Assembly (NCBI GenBank): GCA_964016885.1
Contig: OZ024741.1
Location: 376,092,001-376,156,000 of the forward strand
DNA length: 64,000 bases
Direction of reading: 5' to 3'
Source: Eledone cirrhosa
Taxonomy: Eukaryota
Under the pieces are notes generated by a model. It did not search any database and was not told the DNA's origin. It saw nothing but the letters and a program-made list of their open reading frames with translations. The position numbers and the translations under genes were made by a program. Each line of letters starts with the position of its first letter. The stretch's first letter is position 1. Of this stretch, positions 1-11,005 are shown piece by piece.

Positions 1-2722
1 CAGTGAGGAAGAACACAGTAGACGTGGACAGTGAGGAACAACACAGTAGACGTGGACAGTGGGGAACAACACAGTAGACGTGGACAGTGGGGAACAACAC
101 AGTAGACGCGGACAGTGGGGAACAACACAGTAGACGTGGACAGTGGGGAACAACACAGTAGAGGTGGACAGTGGGGAACAACACAGTAGACGTGGACAGT
201 GGGGAACAACACAGTAGACGTGGACAGTGGGGAACAACACAGTAGACGTGGACAGTGGGGAACAACACAGTAGACGTGGACAGTGGGGAACAACACAGTA
301 GACGGGACAGTGGGGAACAACCCAGTAGACGTGGACAGTGGGGAACAACACAGTAGACGTGGACAGTGAGGAACAACACAGTAGACGTGGACAGTGGGGA
401 ACAACTCAGTAGACGTGGACAGTGGGGAACAACACAGTAGACGTGGACAGTGGGGAACAACACAGTAGAGGTGGACAGTGAGGAACAACACAGTAGACGT
501 GGACAGTGGGGAACAACACAGTAGACGTGGACAGTGAGGAACAACGCAGTAGAGGTGGACAGTGAGGAACAACACAGTAGAGGTGGACAGTGGGGAACAA
601 CACAGTAGACGTGGACAGTGAGGAACAAAACAGTAGACGTGGACAGTGAGGAACAACACAGTAGAGGTGGACAGTGGGGAACAACACAGTAGACGTGGAC
701 AGTGGGGAACAACACAGTAGACGTGGACAGTGGGGAACAACACAGTAGACTTGGACAGTGGGGAACAACACAGTAGACGTGGACAGTGGGGAACAACACA
801 GTAGACGTGGACAGTGAGGAACAACACAGTAGAGGTGGACAGTGAGGAACAACACAGTAGAGGTGGACAGTGGGGAACAACACAGTAGACGTGGACAGTG
901 GGGAACAACACAGTAGACGTGGACAGTGGGGAACAACACAGTAGACGTGGACAGTGAGGAACAACACAGTAGACGTGGACAGTGGGGAACAACACAGTAG
1001 ACTTGGACAGTGGGGAACAACACAGTAGACGTGGACAGTGAGGAACAACACAGTAGAGGTGGACAGTGAGGATCAACACAGTAGAGTAGGACAGTGAGGA
1101 ACAACACAGTAGACGTGGACAGTGAGGAACAACACAGTAGACGTGGACAGTGAGGAACAACACAGTAGAGGTGGACAGTGGGGAACAACACAGTAGAGGT
1201 GGACAGTGGGGAACAACACAGTAGACGTGGACAGTGAGGAACAACACAGTAGACGTGGACAGTGAGGAACAACACAGTAGAGGTGGACAGTGGGGAACAA
1301 CACAGTAGACGTGGACAGTGGGGAACAACACAGTAGACGTGGACAGTGGGGAACAACACAGTAGACTTGGACAGTGGGGAACAACACAGTAGACGTGGAC
1401 AGTGGGGAACAACACAGTAGACGTGGACAGTGAGGAACAACACAGTAGAGGTGGACAGTGAGGAACAACACAGTAGAGGTGGACAGTGGGGAACAACACA
1501 GTAGACGTGGACAGTGGGGAACAACACAGTAGACGTGGACAGTGGGGAACAACACAGTAGACGTGGACAGTGAGGAACAACACAGTAGACGTGGACAGTG
1601 GGGAACAACACAGTAGACGTGGACAGTGAGGAACAACACAGTAGACGTGGACAGTGGGGAACAACACAGTAGAGGTGGACAGTGAGGATCAACACAGTAG
1701 AGTAGGACAGTGAGGAACAACACAGTAGACGTGGACAGTGGGGAACAACACCATAGAAGTGGACAGTGGGGAACAACACAGTAGACGTGGACAGTGGGGC
1801 ACAACACAGTAGACGTGGACAGTGGGGAACAACACAGTAGACGTGGACAGTGAGGAACAACACAGTAGACGTGGACAGTGGGGAACAACACAGTAGACGT
1901 GGACAGTGAGGAATAACACAGTAGAGGTGGACAGTGAGGATCAACACAGTAGAGTAGGACAGTGAGGAACAACACAGTAGACGTAGACAGTGAGGAACAA
2001 CACAGTAGACGTGGACAGTGAGGAACAACACAGTAGAGGTGGACAGTGGGGAACAACACAGTAGAGGTGGACAGTGGGGAACAACACAGTAGACGTGGAC
2101 AGTGAGGAACAACACAGTAGACGTGGACAGTGGGGAACAACACAGTAGACGTGGACAGTGGGGAACAACATAGTAGAGGTGGACAGTGGGGAACAACACA
2201 GTAGAGGTGGACAGTGGGGAACAACACAGTAGACGTGGACAGTGAGGAACAAAACAGTAGACGTGGACAGTGGGGAACAACACAGTAGAGGTGGACAGTG
2301 GGGAACAACACAGTAGAGGTGGACAGTGGGGAACAACACAGTAGACGTGGACAGTGAGGAACAACACAGTAGACGTGGACAGTGGGGAACAACACAGTAG
2401 ACGTGCACAGTCTGGAACAACACAGTAGAAGTGGACAGTGGGGAACAACACAGTAGACGTGGACAGTGGGGAACAACACAGTAGACATGGACAGTGGGGA
2501 ACAACACAGTAGACGTGGACACTGGGGAACAACACAGTAGACGTGGACAGTGGCGAACAACACAGTAGACGTGGACAGTGGGGAACAACACAGTAGAGGT
2601 GGACAGTGGGGAACAACACAGTAGAGGTGGACAGTGGGGAACAACACAGTAGACGTGGACAGTGGGGAACAACACAGTAGAGGTGGACAGTGGGGAACAA
2701 CACAGTAGACGTGGACAGTGGG
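1..2722. repeat. 28-bp tandem satellite/minisatellite (about 97 units; runs off the window start)
   Basis: Unit GTGGACAGTG(G/A)GGAACAACACAGTAGA(C/G) repeated head-to-tail with no spacers. The 28-aa periodicity of the minus-strand ORFs equals 3 units. Confidence 0.97.
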
Positions 2723-3065
2723 ATTTTTACACAAATATCGAGTAAAAAATATGAAAACAATAACAATAAAATTTATAACATAGACTAACAAAATAAACAT
2801 TTAAAAACAAACAATAAATTCCTGAAAGGTGAGGAGACTCCAAGGGTCACACGCGGAGAAATCCCACAAAAGCCACGGTCACCCTGTCCGCTACGGCAAA
2901 GTGCCCTCTCCCAGATTTTCACCTCCAATCGACAGGCTCAAGACAGACCAATTTACACGGACCATGCTCGCCACTCTCACCCACCTTTCAACAAACTGGT
3001 TGGAAGGCAGCACTTCCCTCTCCACCCTCAATTTCCTCTTCAAATGAAACCCGAAGAAGTAAATC
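2723..3065 (-). mobile_element. 3' end fragment (ORF2 C-terminus + 3' UTR) of a Tx1/L1-type LINE
   Basis: Peptide FHLKRKLRVEREVLPSNQFVERWVRVASMVRVN matches FHLKRKIRVERKVFSSQHFVERWVREASMARVN at the end of ORF2 of the 26.6-32 kb element. UTR DNA 2815-2930 aligns with 26748-26865. Confidence 0.85.
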
Positions 3066-3169
3066 ATAATGATATGAGAAGTGGTATAAGCACCCCCCCC
3101 TCTCCTGAGGCAGTAACTGAGAAAGAAAATGGAACGATTTTGGGGACTTTCCTGTACACACAGAACCAT

Positions 3170-3335
3170 TAATTTAGTCGATTAATTTCACTCCAGTATA
3201 CGACTGGTACTTTATTTTATCGAATTCTAAAGGATGAAAGGCAACGTTGACTTCGGTGACATATAAACGTAGAAAGCAAAGAGACGAAAAAAGGTATTTT
3301 TCTGACAGTCAAACAATTTTACCAATCCACTGCCT
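3170..3335 (-). mobile_element. Degenerate tRNA-derived SINE (family A)
   Basis: Core ctggtacttt(a)ttttatcga...aggatgaaaggcaa shared with the other family A copies. Confidence 0.65.
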
Positions 3336-3465
3336 TAAGGACTTGAATTATAATGATGATGATGATTATGATGATGATGATGACGAAGATAATATATGAT
3401 GAAAGAAAAAAAAATCCAAAGATAAAAGGCTTAACTGGATAGGAAACATTAATTCTTCTAAAAGG

Positions 3466-3467
<2 letters not shown>

Positions 3468-3531
<64 letters not shown>

Positions 3532-3895
3532 GTATATATATATATATGTAATATATATATGTAATATATACATGTAATATATACATGCATACACACACAC
3601 ACAGACACATATATAAATATGTATATATATATAACAAAATGAAAATTAACTTGAGGAAAAAAATCAATTCGTAGGTTGGTCTTTTGTAATTTTTCAAACG
3701 TATCTGGAAGGACAAAAAGAAGAAGAAGAAGAAGAAGAAGAAGAAGAAGAAGAAGAAGAAGAAGAAGAAGAAGAAGAAGAAGAAGAAGAAGAAGAACAAC
3801 AACAACAACAAAAACAACAACAACAACAAATACAACAACAACAACACCAACAACAACAAAAACAACACCAACAACACCAACAACAACAACCAGAA
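3468..3895. repeat. Compound microsatellites (TA)n/(TATG)n, (AAG)n, (AAC)n
   Basis: Directly visible. Similar (TA)n, (GA)n, (CA)n, (AAT)n (32128-32236) and (TTC)n (44889-44987) tracts occur throughout the window. Confidence 0.95.
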
Positions 3896-4293
3896 CAATA
3901 ACACTAACAAATTAATAACTACCACCAATACCCACTTCCACCAACAACACCGATGACTGCAACAATAAAAGCAGCAATAGTAACAACAATGAAAATAATA
4001 ATATATACGTTAAAACACAGGAGGAAGAAGGAAAAAAAATAAACAGAACCGAACAAGATGAACAACTACGATAACGAAAGGAAGAACAAAAGAAGGAAAC
4101 GAAGGAGAAGTAAAAATATATAAAGGAAGAAGAAAAGAAGAGAAATGACGAAGTTGCAATAATTTACAACATAAAGATGTATAACAGCAGAAACAATATA
4201 AAAACAAAACTAAGCAAAACAGAAACTCACCTCCCAAGAAGCAACAAATGGCAAGATAAAGGACATAAGCAAGAATAACATCAATACACAACC

Positions 4294-4518
4294 AATAATA
4301 ATGGTTTCTTATATAGGCACAAGGCCAGTAATTTGGGGGGAGGGGAAAGTCGATTAAATCGACCCCAGTGCGTGACTGGTACTTTATTTTATCGACCCCA
4401 TAAGGATGAAAGGCAAAGTTAACCTCGGCGGGATTTGAGCTCAGATCATAAAGAGCCGTAACTCTATGCTGCAAAGCATGGCGTCCGACCCTCTACCGAT
4501 ACTGCCAATCCACCGCCC
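4294..4518 (-). mobile_element. Full-length tRNA-derived SINE, family A (core resembles the Meta/MESC-type SINE domain)
   Basis: Minus strand shows a GGGCGGTGGATTGGCAGTATCGG head (A-box-like), a GAG(C/T)TCAAATCCC B-box, the core GCCTTTCATCCTTAYGGGGTCGATAAAATAAAGTACCAG and an (ATT)n tail. The superfamily name is from memory. Confidence 0.85.
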
Positions 4519-4654
4519 TGACACAACCAATAATAATAATAATTGTTTCTACTTTTGGCAGAAGGCCAGCAATTACCCAGTGCATTACTGGTACTTTATT
4601 GCTGGCCTTGTGCCAAAAGTAGAAACAATTATTATTATCATCATGTGTTATTAT

Positions 4655-4862
4655 TATCAGTAGAGCATCAGACAACATGCTTTACAGCAGAGAGTTATGG
4701 TCCTTTACGTTCTGAGTTCAAATCCCGCCGATGTTAACTTAGCCTTCCATCCTTACGAGGTCGATAAGATAAAGTACCAGTAATGCACTGGTTCAAGTTA
4801 ATTGACTTTCTCCTTTACCCAAATTGCTGGCCTTGTGCCTATATAAGAAACCATTATTATTG
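4655..4862 (+). mobile_element. SINE family A, inverted relative to 4294-4518
   Basis: GAGTTCAAATCCCGCCG B-box, core and tail on the + strand. Confidence 0.8.
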
Positions 4863-5089
4863 GTTGTGTATTGATGTTATTCTTGCTTATGTCCTTTATC
4901 TTGCCATTTGTTGCTTCTTGGGAGGTGAGTTTCTCTTTTGCTTAGTTTTGTTTTTATATTGTTTCTGCTGTTATACTTCTTTACGTTGTAAATTATTGTA
5001 ACTTCGTCATTTCTCTTCTTCTCTTCTTCCTTTATGTATTTTTACTTCTCCTTCGTTTCCTTCTTTTGTTCTTCCATGATAATAATAAT

Positions 5090-5505
5090 AATAATAATAA
5101 CTGTTTCTAATGTTGGCACAAGGCCAGCAATTATCACAGTATATTACTGGTACTTTATTTTATCGACCCCGTAAGGATGAAAGGCAAAGTTCACCTCGGC
5201 GGGATTTGATCTCAGTTCATAAAGGGCCGTAACTCTATGCTGCAAACCATAGCGTCCTACCCTTTCTACTGTAGGCACAAGGTCATCAATTTTGGGGAAG
5301 GGGAAGGTCGATTAAATCAACCACAGTGCTTTATTTTATTGATTCGGTAAGGATGAAAGGCAAAGTTAGCCTTAGCGGGTTTGAACTCAGAACATAAAGG
5401 GTCATAACTCTATGATGCCATAACTGTCTGACGCTCTACCGATACTACCAAACCACCACCCTACTCATAATAATTTTTTCTACTTTTGGTACAAGGCCAG
5501 CAATT
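5090..5505 (-). mobile_element. Tandem SINE family A copies
   Basis: Two cores (5147-5215, 5330-5395) plus a further tail at about 5470-5505. Confidence 0.8.
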
Positions 5506-5607
5506 AGTGTGAAAAAGATTGTGTGCGAGAGAGAATGAGAAAGAGAGAGAAAATATCTACTGGTATTTTATTTATCGATCATGGAAGGATGAAAGTCAAT
5601 GTAGATC

Positions 5608-5807
5608 NNNNNNNNNNNNNNNNNNNNNNNNNNNNNNNNNNNNNNNNNNNNNNNNNNNNNNNNNNNNNNNNNNNNNNNNNNNNNNNNNNNNNNNNNNNNN
5701 NNNNNNNNNNNNNNNNNNNNNNNNNNNNNNNNNNNNNNNNNNNNNNNNNNNNNNNNNNNNNNNNNNNNNNNNNNNNNNNNNNNNNNNNNNNNNNNNNNNN
5801 NNNNNNN
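5608..5807. other. Assembly gap (200 N)
   Basis: Run of N. Confidence 0.99.
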
Positions 5808-5954
5808 ACTCTCTCATTGGAATTTACACATCAACTAGGTAGGTATGTATGCATGTATGTATGTATGTATGCATGTGTAAATATCGATGTTATTGTATGT
5901 GTGGATGTGGGTGTTTTGAGTTGTATGTGTCCATGTGTATATGCTTTGCATCTG

Positions 5955-6400
5955 TATATGTGTATATGCAGTTATTAGATGCAACATTTTGGAATGTCTT
6001 ACATATTTTTACTGTTCCATTAATGGATTGTACTTGTAATTTCTTAACTAGTTGTGTTCTTTCTGTTCCTCTGAAGCCTAGCTTCTCAAGATTTGTATTG
6101 AGGCAGTTACTAACATATACCAAGTGCCCCAATAATCACAGGCATAAATCTGAAGGTGTAATCAGGGTGGAGTATCTGCAGATTTCTCATCAGTTCTGCA
6201 TAAATGTTCTCCTATTCACTAATCTTTGATATTATATTGGCATCTGCTGGGCAGCTAATTTCCACTACTGTGCATGCTTTCTTCTCCCTGTCCCATATCA
6301 TAATATCTGGTCTGTTATGCCTGCATTTTATTGGGGTTTTTACTGGAAAATTCCACCAGTACTCTTTCATATTATGTACATGGATGTCTTCCATATTGCT
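5955..6400 (-). mobile_element. 3' fragment of an R4/Dong-like non-LTR retrotransposon (restriction-like endonuclease)
   Basis: NRPDIMIWDREKKACTVVEISCP is the PD-(D/E)xK RLE motif. It is followed by VIIGALG and a C-terminal ...VKICKTF. An internal stop is present. Confidence 0.8.
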
Positions 6401-6453
6401 GTATGTATGTATGTATGTATGTATGTATGTATGTATGTATGTATGTATGTATG

Positions 6454-6484
<31 letters not shown>

Positions 6485-7167
6485 GAGTCGTAGTGTTATA
6501 CGGCGTTTTGGGGGCATTAAAGCATAGCGGAGCGCTTCACTCTCCAGGTCTGAACAGAGCAGATATCTTCCAGAGAAGGTTAGAAAATGAGAGAGATCAA
6601 CCGAGAAAGTGATATAGAGAATGGTAGTATTTTTATCGACCTCGAAAGGATGGATGGCAAAGCTGACCTCGGTGGGATTTAAACTTATAGAGCAGTGAGC
6701 CGGAACGATTACAGGAAAGCTTTGACATTCTAATGACAGCCAATTCACCGCCTATACTGCAACACAATAACATCCCGTAAACAGCTCTGACAAGTATACT
6801 CACAGAAATAGCTGCAACATCAAAAGTCTCGCTGACCCCGAACATAGTATTAGGGTGTATATTACGAACAATAGGTGCTGAGGAACAGCAAATGTTTTGT
6901 ATATACCTATTTCGCTTTGACCGCCTCCACTGTGGCTACCACCAGAATCTATAGGGGTACAGAAAGAGACCTGGTATTGTAGAGAATGCAACGTGTCCAA
7001 ACAATCATGTTGTACCCCGTATACATCATCATTGCAGACTGGAATGTGTAATATAGTCCTTAGCTAGACGAAGATTGAATATTACCGGGAAGGCAGATAT
7101 GGGTTATGCATGTGTACCCTCCTCCTCCTCCACGTCAACAAGAATAAGAACAACAACAACAACAATA

Positions 7168-7207
<40 letters not shown>

Positions 7208-7399
7208 TTACTACTACTACTACATTTTCATATTACAATCTTTTGAAAAAGAAAGACGGGCACATGGCGTATTTCACCCCAGACTCACAGAATTTGAACA
7301 CCTAGATATGTGAGCAGTGACTGGAAATTCTTCGATCATTTTTTTTGCTAAATGAAGGATAACTTGGAGGTAAATAAACAGCATAGCATTTTTTGTGGA

Positions 7400-7940
7400 G
7401 CAGATCATCTGCAAATATATTCCACCTGTACTTTCAACATTCGAACTGGCAGAGTCGTTAGAGCTTTGGATAGAATATCTTGAGGCATTTTTTCCAACTT
7501 TCTGAATTCTAAGTTCAAATATCACCGAGGTCATGTTTGGTATTCATCTAAGTTAATAAAACAAAGTACCATCCAAGTACAGGGGTCGATATAACTGACT
7601 TTATTGTTGTCTAAGATTACTTGCCTTTCATCCTTACGGGGTCGATAAAATAAAGTACCAGTAATGTACTGGGTTATTGCTGGCCTTGTGCCAAAAGTAG
7701 AAACAATTATTAAAGAGCAGCGGTGGAGTGGCAGATATGTTTGAGCATCGGATAAAATGCATTGCAGTATTTCGTTACAGCCTTCAACCTTCTGGTTTCA
7801 AATCACACCGACTTCAACTTTACCTTTCAATGTCTTCCGGAGACGTTAAAATAAAGTACCAGTGAAATACTGGAGTCTGTATAATTGATTTTCCTCTTCC
7901 CCCAAATCGTTGGATCTGTACAGAAACTAGAAATTAATAT
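7400..7940 (+). mobile_element. Cluster of SINE family A copies and fragments
   Basis: Cores at about 7620-7710 and 7790-7870. A further minus-strand copy lies at about 6620-6755. Confidence 0.7.
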
Positions 7941-8397
7941 TTTTGAACATTCTTAAAACAATGATCTGGCTGAAACTGAACAAATACAAAACAATTTTCT
8001 ATGTTCTGTGTTTGAAATTCAAAAGCAATCGATCTTAATTTCAATTATTTAGTCGATTAAATATATACCGGTTATGTACTCATGTCTATTTAAATAACAA
8101 TAAAGTTTTGCAGAATTATGAGCGTGTACAAATGTAAAAAAATGTGAAACTTTGGTGGTAATGTTTGAAATAAATTATTTTCATATTTAGTGAGTTCAAT
8201 TTCATAAAAAATATATAGTTGTTGTTTAGCGCTAGGTCTGTTTTGATCAAGCAGACCTATAATAGAAGGTATTACACTCTTGACCATCCAGTATCTACTT
8301 TCCAGACATACATCTCTAATTCTACAATATCTAATGCTTCATTCATTTTGATTTGATATGATAGTTGTGCTATATATAGAAGTACATAAACATACGA

Positions 8398-8438
<41 letters not shown>

Positions 8439-8693
8439 TACCCACATACATATATACGTTTAAAGAGTATTCTTAGAGTTCTAACACTAATAATAATTAC
8501 AACTACAACAAAAATAGTCACCATCCTTTCCCCACTCCTCCTATTGAACTTTAGTCTTTTGAAGAAGAAGATATCAGTTTTGTAAATCAGCTCGTGTCTA
8601 ACTGTGTTTAAATGTTAGAAACTGATGCTAGGTTTAACCAGCAGTAAAGTTTGAATCTCTTCCGCTTCATTACCGTCTCTATTTTACGATTTA

Positions 8694-8809
8694 TTACAAT
8701 TTGCAGCAAGCGGAAACCACTTTCGGAAGAGGTGAATTATCGTCAAATGGCACGCATTGTTTGAAGTCATCCACCAAATTCTCTTCCTGTTCCACTCCTC
8801 CAACTTCGG
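8694..8809 (-). CDS. Candidate terminal coding exon (...EVGGVEQEENLVDDFKQCVPFDDNSPLPKVVSACCKL*) of an unknown small protein
   Basis: Acceptor tttttattgatacattcacAG and an open frame in non-repetitive sequence. Ends in CaaX-like CCKL, with AATAAA overlapping the stop. Phase 1 matches the exon at 22965-23149. Confidence 0.5.
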
Positions 8810-9043
8810 CTGTGAATGTATCAATAAAAATGGAAGGCTATCAAAATATAACTCTAATAATTCAACAAAATATAACTATAATAATTCAGCAGCATACCTA
8901 TATTTTTATTTCTTTTTTTACTTATTGTGGATTAATATATTTAATAAATGTCAGTTGTGTAATACATATATGCATACATACATACACTAGCACAGCCACC
9001 CACGCGCACGAGCACATACACACACATATCCATATAACAGATG

Positions 9044-9074
<31 letters not shown>

Positions 9075-9417
9075 TTGGTGTTGGATGCTTAAAGCGTCCG
9101 TGTGCGATAGGCCGTATGAGCACTCGAAGCCCTCGTAGAACAGAGTATGATATCACAGAAAAAAGAGAATCAGTGTTACGACGAAAGGAATTTATTGGAC
9201 ATATTACAATTTTTTCTCGGGCGACCAGCTCAAGGCACGATCGATATGGTGATCAAACCTGACTCTGAAATCGCGCGGTCCTCGGATACGTTTCGATTCT
9301 ACGAAGCAGATTTTCGTGTAGGAAAATCTGCTTCGTACTGGTCGCCCGAGAAACAATTGTAATATGTCCAATAAATTCCTTTCGTCGCAACACTGATTCT
9401 CTTTTTTCTGTGATATA
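9075..9417. repeat. Foldback element in (TA)n; PLE pseudo-LTR-like family B
   Basis: About 80-bp inverted arms (9149-9229 / 9337-9417) and an inner hairpin at 9300-9337. Homologous to 17690-17815, 18294-18375 and 34330-34550. Confidence 0.75.
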
Positions 9418-9528
9418 TATATATAAATGTATAAACATATGTATATACATAATTGTCTGTATGAGTATCTACACCATAAAAACAACACACCCCACCCACA
9501 CACGCATACGTAAACATATAAACACACA

Positions 9529-9568
<40 letters not shown>

Positions 9569-10747
9569 TTCAGAACACATTTATCGTATTGAGTGTTGGC
9601 GTGTATATCAGATAATAATATCCAGTTCTGTTTATCAGTACTGAATATTCTAGGGTTAGATACAAGGTCAGACTGAACTAAAATTAGGTATCAGTTTCAA
9701 ATCATCGTTGGAAATGATTTTACTTTCTTTGCGTAGTAAAAGCTAAAAGATAAGTATGTATATCACTCTTTCTGTCTCTCTTTTTCTCTCAACTTCTTAT
9801 AACATATGATACAATGATATCAAACTTGTTGCCAAGCATCGAAGAGGTTGTTGTTTAGCTCCAACCCGTCCTCAATCAGGCAGACGTATGATCAAAGTTA
9901 TTTCTGTTCAATCATACCTAATTGTATATCAAAGAATACATTGACCAATGAGTCCTTTCTTTTTTACTGTAGAGTGTGGTTTAAAAACGATTTGGCTATT
10001 AACTTCAGTATATCAAGCGACTACATCGATGTTCTCGTTGGCTTCAAGAGAGTGGAATAATACCCTGTAGAGTATGTGATTAGTGAAAGATAGACTTTGA
10101 ATACTCTGCTACGGACTTTGGAGAAAACCGCAGAGATCACACTTATCTATTTCCAAGAACGAATTGTCGGCACCTATTGCGCTGGATCGGCAGCTGGATT
10201 CAACTAGCAGAAACAGCTTGAGATCAAAAACTCGAATCCAATGCAGTGATGCATTGCGAGCAACTGAAGACCGAGAGCGAATATTTCTTCAAACTACTTC
10301 TTACTTCCTTCAGCTGGCAAATGGACGAGTAAAACTAAAATTTCTTTCTCTCTGTATTTTCATTTCCCTCTAGCAGAAATCGGTTGTAAGGGAGGAGTTC
10401 TCCCAGGTTTAAGAGCTCATTCCACGTCGGTATCTCACAAGGGCTACAACTTATCAGGAATTGACGGTTTAAGGAAGTTGTAGTATTATTAGAATTGCAA
10501 AAGCAATACTAACAGATATTGTATTTTATATTAGAGTACCAGGGAATTATACATCTAGTCATTAGAATTCATGAATCTTGAAAAGTAAAGGAATAAATGT
10601 AAATGATAATTGAAACAAAATGAACAATTAAACCTTTGATTATAAATCCAACATTATAACTGCACGGCCAACTGAAACATTCATAAACCGTTACGTCCGT
10701 TCATAAAAAGTAAATTATAATATATACGTCTCTCTCTATTTCTCACT

Positions 10748-10792
<45 letters not shown>

Positions 10793-10920
10793 TCTCCCTC
10801 TTACTCTCTCTCTCTCTATCTATATATATATATTTCAATCTATTTATCTATGTGTAGATGCGTAAGCCTATATACGCGGATACATACATATACTATATAT
10901 ATATACATATATATATATAC

Positions 10921-11002
<82 letters not shown>

Positions 11003-11005
<3 letters not shown>

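Noticed and set aside
1-2722. CRISPR-like array (28-bp repeat length)
   Set aside because: No unique spacers, no cas genes, eukaryotic context.
406-2800. 786-aa and 575-aa Cys-rich ORFs
   Set aside because: Translation of a 28-bp satellite whose minus strand lacks stops; all three frames give the same peptide.
6770-7110. Possible RTE C-terminal remnant
   Set aside because: Motifs too degraded to call.
10140-10450. Possible exon or DIRS tyrosine recombinase remnant (RAHST)
   Set aside because: Only one short motif, stops in most frames and no consistent splice sites.
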